From Candidatus Aenigmatarchaeota archaeon (GTDB taxonomy: Archaea > Aenigmatarchaeota > Aenigmatarchaeia > CG10238-14 > SCSR01): a stretch of DNA of 48,506 bases. Within the stretch, counting starts at the first letter, position 1. Each line of letters begins with the position of its first letter. The translations under genes were made by a program, and so were the position numbers. Location: NCBI GenBank assembly GCA_016187405.1, contig JACPJS010000010.1, forward strand, positions 1 to 48,506, in the 5' to 3' direction. The notes under the pieces were generated by a model. It had not been told where the DNA came from. It saw only the letters and a program-made list of their open reading frames with translations, and did not search any database. Shown here in pieces: positions 16,988 to 26,666 of the stretch.

Positions 16988-18451
16988 CTATTTTTTAATC
17001 AAGCTTTTAACAATATGCATTACTTCTTGGGAATCTATCTTCCCACGAACTTTGCTCATCACAATTCCGTAAAGTTTCTCGAATTGTATGTTGGGTTGTT
17101 CTGATAATATCGAATTCGCTATGTCCTTAACTTCACTCGCTGTCAACGGTCTCAAGTTCAATTCCTTTACAGCGTCACTTACGCCATCCTGTGGATATGA
17201 TGCGAGGTATTTTATGATTTCTGGTATGGATTCCTTGATTATTTTCTTGTCAGCAAGATGTTCAAACAGTTCAAAGAATCTATGTTCGTATATGCGATTA
17301 ATCTCAACTTTTTCACGTCTTACCAAGTCCTTGATTATAGATGTGAATGTGTTAGCAACTATCGTAGGATCAGCCTTTACCTTTTCCATAATCTTCTCAA
17401 ACAATGAGAGATATTCAGATTCCATTATTTCTTCTGCAAGTGAATTTGAAAGTTTGAACTTGCTTTTGAATCTTTCAAGCTTGTGTATAAGTGGTTCTGG
17501 TAATGATTTCTTCAATTCTTCCAAATGTTGTTTGCTAATAACGAAAGGTGGTATATCAGTTTCTGGGTACATCCTATTTGATCCTGATAACGGCCTGAGA
17601 AATCTCGTGGTTCCATCTTGATTCGCACCGCGTGTCTCTGGTTTGGCATGTTCTTTCATCTGTCTTTGAACTTCGAACTCAACAACCTTTGATAACAAAC
17701 TCAATTCCTGAATCCCCTTTACTTCAACTCTCTGACCGTTTCTTATGCTGACATTCATGTCCTGCCTTATCGCTCCAATACCTTGTTTTGTCTTACCTGT
17801 AGACCTGACCATTATTCCTATGATGTATGCAATCTCCTGCAATTCTGCTGGTCCGAATCCTTCCAAGATTCCTGTATCAATCTCGACCAATGGAACTCCT
17901 ATTCTGTTCAAACGGAAAGTAACATTACCACCTTTCTCTTCAACAATCGCACCTGCATCTTCTTCCAATGTGATTTGTGTTATCGGGATTCTTTTTCCTT
18001 TGAAACCTATATGACCATTCATTCCAACAACTACAGTCCTCTGAAATCCCATCGGTGTGCTACCATCTATAACGATCTTTCTCATCACGTGTAATTCTGT
18101 TGGTATAGTTTCGCAATTCAATAACAATGCAACTTGCAATGCTATATCAAGTGCTTCTCTGTTCAATTCATGTGGTGGTTCTTCGTCTACACATACCAAA
18201 CAAACTTCTTCAGGAAATATCTGATAATGAAATGTTCTATCGCGGAGGAATTCAAATTGTGCGGCTGTATCTGCTTCACCCAATTCACTTCTCACGACAT
18301 GTTGTTTTCTGATTATTGCGGAATGATTTGTTTTTGCTTTCATCTCAGTCGGACATTTACAGAATAGTTTATGCTTCGTGTTCAGCTGCTGGTGCAATTC
18401 CAATCCTGCTTTCAGTCTGACACTTTTATAATTTATTTTCTTGTCCATCAC
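16988..18451 (-). CDS. gatE: Glutamyl-tRNA(Gln) amidotransferase subunit E (short form)
   Basis: Contains GLELHQQLNTKHKLFCKC and CLVCVDEEPPHELN (GatE type). It has a 4-nt overlap with gatD upstream. Confidence 0.85.
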   Translation of the reverse strand: MMDKKINYKSVRLKAGLELHQQLNTKHKLFCKCPTEMKAKTNHSAIIRKQHVVRSELGEADTAAQFEFLRDRTFHYQIFPEEVCLVCVDEEPPHELNREALDIALQVALLLNCETIPTELHVMRKIVIDGSTPMGFQRTVVVGMNGHIGFKGKRIPITQITLEEDAGAIVEEKGGNVTFRLNRIGVPLVEIDTGILEGFGPAELQEIAYIIGIMVRSTGKTKQGIGAIRQDMNVSIRNGQRVEVKGIQELSLLSKVVEFEVQRQMKEHAKPETRGANQDGTTRFLRPLSGSNRMYPETDIPPFVISKQHLEELKKSLPEPLIHKLERFKSKFKLSNSLAEEIMESEYLSLFEKIMEKVKADPTIVANTFTSIIKDLVRREKVEINRIYEHRFFELFEHLADKKIIKESIPEIIKYLASYPQDGVSDAVKELNLRPLTASEVKDIANSILSEQPNIQFEKLYGIVMSKVRGKIDSQEVMHIVKSLIKK

Positions 18452-19779
18452 AATACCTCTGTTCTTTCAGAAACTTCACCGGAAATGTTTGTCGTCATCA
18501 TTTCTCGAACCTTGTTCATATCTTTCGTGTGACCAAGAACGAACATCAGTTTAATCAAAGCAGTTTCTGGTGTCCAATCACATTCATTCCCAATTACACC
18601 GACTTTCTCCATTCTTCTTCCTGTCTCGTAAACATTCAGGTTCAACCTTCCGTGAATTGTTTGTGGCGCGATGACAACTGGAATATTGGAATCGATCAAA
18701 TTCTTCACTGCAAGCAGAACACTTTTCGTAAACGAATCGTTAGTCGGATTTGTTGGAAAATGACCCAGTCCTGTCCCTGCGATTACAACTCCCTCGAATG
18801 TTCTCAACGATTGGATGAATTCAGGTTTTATTCCTGGATACGTGTATATCAAAGCTACATTTGTATTGAACTTGTCATCAATTTTCACAGTTTTTTTGTC
18901 ACGTTTCCTGTAATCTGTTCTGAGCATTTCGATTTTCTTTTCTGGATAAGAAATTTTGGCGTAGGGTAAGACATTCACAGATTGGAATGCGTCACGCCTT
19001 GATGTGTGTAATTTTCTGACTTTGGTTCCTTGATGAAGATAACAGAAATTGTCGCTCATGTTCGCATGCATGCATACCATCACTTCTGCTATGTCAGACC
19101 TTGCTGCAGCAACGACTGCTGATACAAGATTCGGAAGATTGTCACTACTCCCACGATCGCTGCTTCTTTGTGCGCCTACCAGTATGACAGGCACTGGCAA
19201 ATCCTTCAACATGAAACTCAATGCTGCCGCAGTGAAATGAAGCGTGTCAGTACCATGCATCAGTACAATACCATCGACACCTGATTCTATCTCTTTTACA
19301 ACTTCTTTCGCAACGACTTTCCAATGTTCAGGCGTCATGTCTTCTGATAAAATGTCGAACAGTTTCTTTCCTTTGATATTGGCTATGTCCCCGAGTTCAG
19401 GAAAAGAAGCAATCAAGTCTCCTGGTGAGAACGCCGGAAATACCGCACCTGTGGTATATTCTACCCTGGCACCTATGGTTCCGCCGCATCCTAGAATGGA
19501 AACAGTAGGTTTGTTCGGATCTTTCCTAGCAGTCATCTCAGCTGGCTTGAATCTGATAGGCTTGCCTTTCTGTGAAAGTCTGATTTTAGTGTCTTTTTCG
19601 AACTTGACACCAATGTTATAACCGTTATCCAGCTTCAGAACCAATGAAGAAGTGTCACCAAGCTCGATTCTAGGCATAAGGATGCCTGAATAGGTCGATT
19701 TGCCCTTAGAAACCAGTATCTTATCTCCAACTTTTATCTTCTTTGACTTGAGCAGAGACTCGATTTCTTGAGAATACAA
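18448..19779 (-). CDS. gatD: Glutamyl-tRNA(Gln) amidotransferase subunit D
   Basis: It has an asparaginase-like core (ILGCGGTIG, LMHGTDTL, GTGLGH) with the GatD N-terminal domain. The start is probably TTG. Confidence 0.9.
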   Translation of the reverse strand: MYSQEIESLLKSKKIKVGDKILVSKGKSTYSGILMPRIELGDTSSLVLKLDNGYNIGVKFEKDTKIRLSQKGKPIRFKPAEMTARKDPNKPTVSILGCGGTIGARVEYTTGAVFPAFSPGDLIASFPELGDIANIKGKKLFDILSEDMTPEHWKVVAKEVVKEIESGVDGIVLMHGTDTLHFTAAALSFMLKDLPVPVILVGAQRSSDRGSSDNLPNLVSAVVAAARSDIAEVMVCMHANMSDNFCYLHQGTKVRKLHTSRRDAFQSVNVLPYAKISYPEKKIEMLRTDYRKRDKKTVKIDDKFNTNVALIYTYPGIKPEFIQSLRTFEGVVIAGTGLGHFPTNPTNDSFTKSVLLAVKNLIDSNIPVVIAPQTIHGRLNLNVYETGRRMEKVGVIGNECDWTPETALIKLMFVLGHTKDMNKVREMMTTNISGEVSERTEVL

Positions 19780-19826
19780 GATATCAGTTCATTATATGTA
19801 ACGCATGCAGTAATAAAGGTTGTAGT

Positions 19827-20321
19827 TTAGAAGCGATATTCTTCCAATTTGTACAGTCTAGAGACGACAACTTCCTTCCATTCGCCTATTATGCTGCCGA
19901 ATTTTTCCCTAATTTCGAGTTTCATCTCGTCCATCTCCATGTTGTCTTTCGACAAGAAGACTATGTAAAGGTCGTAATCACCCAGCATGGTCATCAAATC
20001 TATCACACTAGGGTTTTTCATCATATCCTCGATGAGTGCATTGTACTTCTCCTTGACTATGTCCTTCAGTTTGACATATACATGAGTAGCCTGTAAAAGT
20101 CCTAGTTTGGTTACGCCAACTTGTATGGTATATTTGTTAATGACACCATCAAATTCCAGTTTCTGGATCCTCTTTTTTGTGGAATCTACTGAAAGACCTA
20201 TCTGTCTTGCTATAACTGTTAGCTTGGTTCTCGCATTCTTGGATAGAATATTGAGTATTTGACGGTCTTTTTCATCGACCTCACGTAATTTTATAGGGAA
20301 AGTGTCTGTTTTTGGTCTCAT
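19827..20321 (-). CDS. Lrp/AsnC-family transcriptional regulator
   Basis: An N-terminal HTH (DRQILNILSKNARTKLTVIARQIGLSVDSTKKRIQKLE) is followed by a RAM-like domain. Confidence 0.88.
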   Translation of the reverse strand: MRPKTDTFPIKLREVDEKDRQILNILSKNARTKLTVIARQIGLSVDSTKKRIQKLEFDGVINKYTIQVGVTKLGLLQATHVYVKLKDIVKEKYNALIEDMMKNPSVIDLMTMLGDYDLYIVFLSKDNMEMDEMKLEIREKFGSIIGEWKEVVVSRLYKLEEYRF

Positions 20322-20378
20322 ATCTCTTATTTATTAAGACAAATATTTAAATCTATCGTATTTTTAAGGCATTTTAAA

Positions 20379-20774
20379 GTGAAACTATTAGTATTTCTAC
20401 GACATCTATTACAACAAGTGAAAATAATGGATAATCAACCTTCTAGTGAAATGGACGACAGACTAGAATCTTCTGAGAGATATCATTTGGATTTAGCCCG
20501 TGGTGTAACGACAGTAAAGAGGGGTTTAGAAGAATACTCGCAGCTTTGGGATTCACTAGATAGAAGACTTGGTGATGGGAACGAAATTACGCAAGCTTAC
20601 GTAAAAGAATTTATGTCTAGAGACGATGGAGTCCATCTGCAAGATGATCCTTATGATAGAGAACGTGTTGAACTTATGAAAGCTAGTTTTCTTTACAAAC
20701 GTCTATGGCCTCCAGATCTGGCAAGAGCACTAACTTTTAGTACAATTTTCAATTCAAAGAAATATCGACGATAA
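20379..20774 (+). CDS. Hypothetical protein (Arg-rich ORFan class); start uncertain (GTG 20379 or ATG 20427)
   Basis: No recognisable motif. R:K is 13:6 counted from ATG 20427. It overlaps the downstream Cys-rich ORF by TAATG. Confidence 0.5.
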   Translation: MKLLVFLRHLLQQVKIMDNQPSSEMDDRLESSERYHLDLARGVTTVKRGLEEYSQLWDSLDRRLGDGNEITQAYVKEFMSRDDGVHLQDDPYDRERVELMKASFLYKRLWPPDLARALTFSTIFNSKKYRR

Positions 20775-20998
20775 TGAACATGGAATGTAAGATATGCAAA
20801 TCTCCTATATTTGAAGGACAAGTGAGAGGTCCATGTCCGAAATGTGATGTTAACACATGTGTATACTGCAGCAGAATGTGCGATGTATGTCTGAGAAATT
20901 TTTGCTTTGAACATGTCAAACTTGCCAAGTCCATAGTTCCGGGTGGAATGCAGCTGATGAAGTTGTGTGATTTCTGCAAGCCTGCTTGGAAGGCATGA
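20774..20998 (+). CDS. Cys-rich multi-CxxC zinc-finger protein
   Basis: 74 aa with five CxxC pairs (CKIC, CPKC, CVYC, CDVC, CDFC) plus CFEH, giving about 12 potential Zn ligands. Confidence 0.6.
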   Translation: MNMECKICKSPIFEGQVRGPCPKCDVNTCVYCSRMCDVCLRNFCFEHVKLAKSIVPGGMQLMKLCDFCKPAWKA

Positions 20999-21034
20999 TT
21001 AATTTATAGAAAATAAATTACAATGAGGTAAAAC

Positions 21035-21766
21035 ATGGAAGATCTAGTTCTTTGGAAGCCGCTTTACTATACTAGCATAGCACTTTTCATTTTGTCGTTG
21101 GTTCTTTTCCCATTCAACTCACAATGGTCTATAGTAACAATATTGTTACTATTATCACTCTGGACTAGAATACCGGGATTCATCCATTTTATTTTTAACA
21201 AACTAGCAATGAACGACATGTTCACTTTGATTATAGCTGCGAACATGGGAGGTTTGGCTGGTGGGATATTCGGCGCGTTCACAATGGTATTCTCAAGGTT
21301 ATTCGGACCGAATGAATGGATGCCGTATACAATCAGGGCAACAGTCGCGCTTTTTGTCGGTGGTCTAAGTGTTCCTTTAATTATAGCTTCAACTGGCGGG
21401 GTGAACACACTCGCGCTTTATTTGTTTGAAGGTGTTGTCTATGCAGTTTTCTATATTCAAGTTCTGCTTTTCTGGAGAGAGGAGATTGGAATTGAAATAG
21501 GTCTTCTGCCGATTGTTATTTTCTTCGACTTTTTCTTGACAGGCTGGTTGGTAGGTGCTTTCGGCCAGACGCTTTCAGATATGCTGACCAAGGGGCTGAC
21601 TTCTGGATGGCCATTCATAATATTCAGTGGAATAATATTGTTTTACATTTGGTTTTCTGTAAATGGAAAGAAAATAGAAGGTTTCCTAGAATCAATATGG
21701 AATAGAATCGGTGGTAAAAAAATTCATAAGAAAGATAAAGAATTTTTCGATGAATTAGAAAATTAA
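21035..21766 (+). CDS. Hypothetical polytopic membrane protein
   Basis: 243 aa with about 7 hydrophobic helices and a charged C-terminal tail. No recognisable family motif. Confidence 0.65.
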   Translation: MEDLVLWKPLYYTSIALFILSLVLFPFNSQWSIVTILLLLSLWTRIPGFIHFIFNKLAMNDMFTLIIAANMGGLAGGIFGAFTMVFSRLFGPNEWMPYTIRATVALFVGGLSVPLIIASTGGVNTLALYLFEGVVYAVFYIQVLLFWREEIGIEIGLLPIVIFFDFFLTGWLVGAFGQTLSDMLTKGLTSGWPFIIFSGIILFYIWFSVNGKKIEGFLESIWNRIGGKKIHKKDKEFFDELEN

Positions 21767-21893
21767 TTTCGTCTGATTTTTCTAAGATATTTCATAATGT
21801 TAACTTTACCCCAAACAGCACGAGATTTCTTCAGACCTTGTTTGATATGCATGAATCTTTTCTTGAAGTGTACCATAATATTATTTGGTTTAT

Positions 21894-23606
21894 TTATTGA
21901 TTAACACATGCTTGAACAAATCCCATGAACAATGGGCTAGGTGTCAGTGGACGTGATGTGAATTCTCCATGGGCTTGTGTTGCAACAAAGAATTTGTTTT
22001 TTGGTAATTCTATAAATTCGCACAGGTTTCTTTTCTCATATATGCCTGACAGGGACATTCCATTCTTTTCAAGTGTTTCATGAAATTCTGGGTTCAGTTC
22101 CCATCTATGTCTGTGTCTTTCTGTTATAACATCTTTATCATATAACTTTCTAACAAGAGAACCTGGTTTCAATTTTGCAGAAAAAGAACCCAGTCTCATG
22201 GTACCGCCCATGTTGGATTTTTCCAATATATCCTTCTGTTCTGGGATTATATCAATAATAGGACATTCTGTATCCGGATTTATCTCAGTCGATTGCGCTG
22301 TTTTCAAACCGCAAATATTTCTTGCAAATTCGACAACTGCCATTTGCATTCCGTAACATAATCCAAGATAAGGAATATTATTTTCGCGTACATATTTTAT
22401 TGCTGCAATTTTTCCTTCGATTCCCCTTTTTCCAAAGCCACCTGGAACTATAACACCATCAACACCTTTCAATGCATCTTCGACCTTTGTCTTACCATCT
22501 TCTATGTCACCTGCTTCAATCCATTTCACTTTTACTTTCGTATCGAAATATGGTGCTGCATGCTCGAGTGATTTCAAAACACTCAAATACGAATCGTGCA
22601 CATTCGTATATTTACCGACAATTCCAACAACGATTTCCTTGTTTGCATTTTCCACTTTGTTTAAAAATTTTTCCCATGTTTTAAAATTAAGCAAAGTATC
22701 ATCGTTTTCTTTAGGTGAAATATTCAGAATCGAAAATAATTCTTTATCCAAACTCAAATCACGAAGTGCTAAAGGTATTTCATAAATGTTTGAAAAATCG
22801 TAGAGATTGTAAACTCGCGATAACGGTACGTTCCCGAATCCGCTGATTTTCTCCTTCACGGAATTTGGTATAGGAGTTTGTGATCTGCACACTATCATAT
22901 CTGGCTGTACACCGAGTGTAAGAAGTTGTCTTAGGCCTAATTGAGCGGCTTTACTTTTGTATTCATCAAGTGAATTTGGTTCTATGATATATGTGACATT
23001 TACAAACATCACATTATCTTTACCTTCTTCATATCGTAACTCGCGCATCGCCTCGACAAAATAAGAATTCTCCAAGTCACCGACAGTTCCACCAACTTCA
23101 ACAAGAACCACATCAGCATCGGATTTCATTGCAAGTTGGCGCAAGAAATTTTTGATTTCACCTGTAACATGCGGAATGAACTGGACATCACGACCCAAGA
23201 ATTTCCCCGCACGTTCTTTGTCGATAATAGTTTTGAAAATCTTTCCACCAGTAAGATAATTATCCTTTGTCAAATTCCTATGAAGAGCACGTTCATAGGA
23301 ACCTAGATCCAAGTCACCTTCTGTCCCATCTTCCAAAACAAAAACTTCACCATGCCTGAAAGGATTCAACGTACCAGCATCATAGTTGATATATCCATCG
23401 AATTTAACAGGAGAAACTTTAAACCCATGACAACTGAGTAATGTAGCCAACGCACCAGAGAAAGTCCCTTTACCAACGCCAGACATCACACTTCCTGTAA
23501 CTACAATGTACTTCGTCTTGCCAGATTGATAACCATAAGGGAACCAAGAATAATATTCGTGCTCTATAGTGCTTTCAGCCAAATTTTTCGATTCGTTGAG
23601 CGACAC
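21894..23606 (-). CDS. pyrG: CTP synthase
   Basis: Contains KYIVVTGSVMSGVGKG (synthase P-loop) and GLCYGMQ (GATase Cys). A GTG start gives a roughly 30-aa N-terminal extension. Confidence 0.95.
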   Translation of the reverse strand: MSLNESKNLAESTIEHEYYSWFPYGYQSGKTKYIVVTGSVMSGVGKGTFSGALATLLSCHGFKVSPVKFDGYINYDAGTLNPFRHGEVFVLEDGTEGDLDLGSYERALHRNLTKDNYLTGGKIFKTIIDKERAGKFLGRDVQFIPHVTGEIKNFLRQLAMKSDADVVLVEVGGTVGDLENSYFVEAMRELRYEEGKDNVMFVNVTYIIEPNSLDEYKSKAAQLGLRQLLTLGVQPDMIVCRSQTPIPNSVKEKISGFGNVPLSRVYNLYDFSNIYEIPLALRDLSLDKELFSILNISPKENDDTLLNFKTWEKFLNKVENANKEIVVGIVGKYTNVHDSYLSVLKSLEHAAPYFDTKVKVKWIEAGDIEDGKTKVEDALKGVDGVIVPGGFGKRGIEGKIAAIKYVRENNIPYLGLCYGMQMAVVEFARNICGLKTAQSTEINPDTECPIIDIIPEQKDILEKSNMGGTMRLGSFSAKLKPGSLVRKLYDKDVITERHRHRWELNPEFHETLEKNGMSLSGIYEKRNLCEFIELPKNKFFVATQAHGEFTSRPLTPSPLFMGFVQACVNQ

Positions 23607-23665
23607 ACCAAAATAGGCTTCTGAAACTTATAAGCTTTTGTTGCAATTAGTCTGACAAATTAAGT

Positions 23666-24385
23666 TCAAATTTTACTCGAATGTTTCCAAAGAATGTCAA
23701 AATATTCTTTCAAAGAATCTGCAACAGCCTTGTTCTGTATCACCACGCCTTCAGGAGGATCAGTCCATATTATAATTGCGACCTTGTCATTGTAAATATC
23801 AAAAACAGCTTCGGATGCGATTTTCTTTTTGATATACCTCACTTCCGTTGTCTTGGATTGATGAACATCCCTACCTTCCCTCACAAGGTGTTTTATTTTT
23901 ATTTTCTTTTTCTCCAATTGTCTTACGAAATGCTTCGCAAAATAAGGCATCCTTTCAGAGAATTTTCCTTCCGAGTCCATCAAATAATGAACTTTCGTAT
24001 TTCTCAGGAAATCCTCAAAGATTGATTTGACACCATGATAACCATAGTACAATGTCACATTATGTTTTTCTTCAGGGGTTTTGTAAATCTTTTCGAGTGA
24101 CGGAAGAAGCTTGATTACCTCGAATTTCTTTTCGTCTACAAAATCTTTCAATTGGTTCGGATTTGAAACCTCGAAATATTTCACCTTTCCCTTGACAACA
24201 TATCCAATCAGTCCCTTGTCCAAAAGCCTTTTCAGAACATCATAAGTTGTTGTCCTGTTTATTTGAGAAATTTTACTTATTTTTCCAACCTTGCATGTCC
24301 CATGCTTTAACAAAGTCAGATAAACTTGTGCTTCATTACTCGTCAATCCTATCCTTTCGAGACCTTTGCTAATCTCTTCCATCAT
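23666..24385 (-). CDS. TrmB-family transcriptional regulator
   Basis: The N-terminal wHTH LTSNEAQVYLTLLKHGTCKVGKISKISQINRTTTYDVLKRLLDKGL is followed by a C-terminal TrmB-type domain. Confidence 0.85.
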   Translation of the reverse strand: MMEEISKGLERIGLTSNEAQVYLTLLKHGTCKVGKISKISQINRTTTYDVLKRLLDKGLIGYVVKGKVKYFEVSNPNQLKDFVDEKKFEVIKLLPSLEKIYKTPEEKHNVTLYYGYHGVKSIFEDFLRNTKVHYLMDSEGKFSERMPYFAKHFVRQLEKKKIKIKHLVREGRDVHQSKTTEVRYIKKKIASEAVFDIYNDKVAIIIWTDPPEGVVIQNKAVADSLKEYFDILWKHSSKI

Positions 24386-24464
24386 ATTAAATCATGGAAA
24401 AATAGCGATAAATAAAAGTGTTGTAAAAATCCTAACAACAAATTCTATTATAGTAAATGTCACC

Positions 24465-24629
24465 ATGACTAATCAGGTGATTCAAATGATTCCAGATTCT
24501 GATATCGTAGGATTATTATGCCCAGGATGTGACATGGTGGTTGCCCAAAATGAAATAATAGAAAGAAATGGACGGATAGGATGTATAAAATGCTGGAAAA
24601 TATCATGGATAGAAGTTTCTAAATCATAA
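24465..24629 (+). CDS. Possible small zinc-ribbon protein
   Basis: 54 aa counted from ATG 24465, with CPGC....CIKC. It is a weak call: the listed longer ORF overlaps the trmB-like start. Confidence 0.35.
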   Translation: MTNQVIQMIPDSDIVGLLCPGCDMVVAQNEIIERNGRIGCIKCWKISWIEVSKS

Positions 24630-24646
24630 AAGCTTCTAAAATTTGT

Positions 24647-25789
24647 TTATTTTCCAAAAACAATCGAAACAACATCTTTGTGCTTTAATTGATGGTCTGC
24701 ACCTAACCTTAATTTTGTCCTAGCATCAACACCTGTAATAAACTTATTGCCTAGCTCTGTATGAACTTTGAATGCAAACTCCTTCATTGTAGTTCCATTC
24801 GGGACAAGTATAACATCGGGTAATTTATTTCCATCTTTGTCAGTCAATTTGTTTGCATCGGCAACAGGATACACGGCAATGTAATTAAGAATATCAAATA
24901 CGGATTTGTTCAAACATTCTTGTACACCTGTAGAATTGAACTTGTCAAGAACCTGACTCTTAATATATTCCAAGCCTACCTTTCTAGCAGAGTCTAATTC
25001 ACCAACAATCTCAAAACTGTTTCCATTATATTTTATTAGATATTTTTCATCTGCTTTCTTCAATGCAATTTCAGATTCGGCACTTGTAGGTATCATATTA
25101 GAATAATCCTTTTTCAATTTTTCATAATTTTCCTGCGACGGTTTCAAATCAATCTTATTCGCTGCTATTATGAATGGTTTTGATATTCTCCTAAGCTCTT
25201 TGGAAAAGTTTTCCATGTCTTCAATGGTATATTTTTGCAACGTCTGAGAGACTTCGTTTCTTGTCACACCAAGTCCACTTAATTTTTCCTGGAGCAGAAC
25301 TATCAAATCAGATTCTGAAGATGGTAATTTTAATTTCTCAATATTTCTTTTCACAACAGACTCAAACCATAAATCAATCTCTTCCCGTAGAAATTCTATT
25401 TCCTTTGTTGGATCGAAATTTTCTGTTGGTTTACCTTCTTCATCAGTCATACCAGATGCGTCAATAATCTGAATCATAACAGACGCTTGACGTATATCGT
25501 CCAGGAATTTATTTCCAATTCCTTTTCCCAAATGTGAACCCGGTATCAATCCTCCCACATCTACAAGATTTACTGGAATGTATCTTTTGCCGTTTTTACA
25601 AACACCGTGTTTAGGTTTGCAGGTCGTATTGAATTCCTTGCATATACAATCTATCGTAACATACGCCACACCTTTATTCGGATTTATCGTAGTGAATGGG
25701 ACTGAAGATGTCTTCACATCAATCATAGTCGCTGCTTTGAAGAAACTTGACTTGCCTGCAGACGGTTTACCGATAAGACCGATTATCAT
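24647..25789 (-). CDS. Obg/YchF-family GTPase with C-terminal TGS domain
   Basis: G1 is GLIGKPSAGKSS, G3 is DVGGLIPG and G4 is ANKID, with a TGS-like C-terminus (KHKDVVSIVF). Start taken at ATG 25789. Confidence 0.85.
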   Translation of the reverse strand: MIIGLIGKPSAGKSSFFKAATMIDVKTSSVPFTTINPNKGVAYVTIDCICKEFNTTCKPKHGVCKNGKRYIPVNLVDVGGLIPGSHLGKGIGNKFLDDIRQASVMIQIIDASGMTDEEGKPTENFDPTKEIEFLREEIDLWFESVVKRNIEKLKLPSSESDLIVLLQEKLSGLGVTRNEVSQTLQKYTIEDMENFSKELRRISKPFIIAANKIDLKPSQENYEKLKKDYSNMIPTSAESEIALKKADEKYLIKYNGNSFEIVGELDSARKVGLEYIKSQVLDKFNSTGVQECLNKSVFDILNYIAVYPVADANKLTDKDGNKLPDVILVPNGTTMKEFAFKVHTELGNKFITGVDARTKLRLGADHQLKHKDVVSIVFGK

Positions 25790-25821
25790 ATCAAATAAAC
25801 ATCTAGTCAAGAATTAAAGAG

Positions 25822-26142
25822 TTAGCTTTTTGCCATTGTGTAGATTTCTTTCACCATTCTTTCTATGTTCGCGATTCTCTGGTTGATTGCTTCATATTCC
25901 AATTTCAAACTGTCCATCTGTGCAGACATCAAATCAACTCTGGCTCCTGTATTATCTGCACTGGGATAACTAGTCTGCTGGTTTGGATATTGTGACTGTG
26001 GCGGATAGTTTGTTTGAGGTTGGTATTGTGATTGGTTTGGATAAGATGTTTCATCTTCCTTTTTCTTGAAAAGTTTGGTTGGTAATAGGATTATCTTGAA
26101 TGGCAAAGTAACGACTGATTTTAGAATATCTCCAACTCCCAT
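25822..26142 (-). CDS. Hypothetical protein with Q/P/Y-rich low-complexity linker and C-terminal coiled coil
   Basis: 106 aa: an amphipathic N-terminus, then SYPNQSQYQPQTNYPPQSQYPNQQTSYP, then heptad-like LKLEYEAINQRIANIERMVKEIY. Confidence 0.6.
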   Translation of the reverse strand: MGVGDILKSVVTLPFKIILLPTKLFKKKEDETSYPNQSQYQPQTNYPPQSQYPNQQTSYPSADNTGARVDLMSAQMDSLKLEYEAINQRIANIERMVKEIYTMAKS

Positions 26143-26146
26143 TCAA

Positions 26147-26662
26147 TTACCTCATTACTGCCTCTGCTGAAATTCCAAGTGATTTCTGGATTGCATTTCT
26201 CAAATCTGTCACCTTTATCCTACATTCCTCTATTAGATTTCGTCTCACGTCATTATAAAGAGTTCTCAGGTATATCCATCTCAATGATTTGTAAATCGGG
26301 CTGGTGTTCCACATGTTGTTTTCATCAAAACCAGTTTTTATTTTTCCTGTGATCATTACCGTAACTTCACCATCCTTGTTTGGATCGGGATTGTTCTTTC
26401 CCTGAACTATAACTTCTATAAAGGCTTTCGTCCACATGTCATAACCCTTCACCACTATGAACCTGAACAAAAAGTCTCTCATGGCTCCTGTATTGTCCCA
26501 TCTGAATTCCCTTTCCCAGACATCTTTACCTCTGACATCGAATATCGCTCTTAGAAGTTGGGGTATCGAATGGTAGATACGGAATGGGTTCGGTCCCTTG
26601 TAATCAACTTTAATAATTCTCTCTGGTACCAGACAATCGTCTTCCAATATCCATTTTGCCAT
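26147..26662 (-). CDS. Hypothetical protein, paralog 2 of a tandem pair
   Basis: 171 aa. It shares Y-x-GPNP-x3-IY, EREFRWD, GKI(K/R)T, N-x-W-x2-S-x-IY and IE(E/D)CR blocks with ORF 26667..27194. Confidence 0.7.
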   Translation of the reverse strand: MAKWILEDDCLVPERIIKVDYKGPNPFRIYHSIPQLLRAIFDVRGKDVWEREFRWDNTGAMRDFLFRFIVVKGYDMWTKAFIEVIVQGKNNPDPNKDGEVTVMITGKIKTGFDENNMWNTSPIYKSLRWIYLRTLYNDVRRNLIEECRIKVTDLRNAIQKSLGISAEAVMR

Positions 26663-26666
26663 TTAA

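Noticed and set aside
207-19621. Many antisense or out-of-frame ORFs overlapping conserved genes (e.g. 207-671, 3609-4094, 8100-8384, 15619-16041, 17088-17621, 18529-18969, 19244-19621).
   Set aside because: Each is fully contained in a gene with clear family motifs on the other strand or frame. Their translations are low-complexity, Ser/Leu/Phe/Cys-rich mirror sequences.
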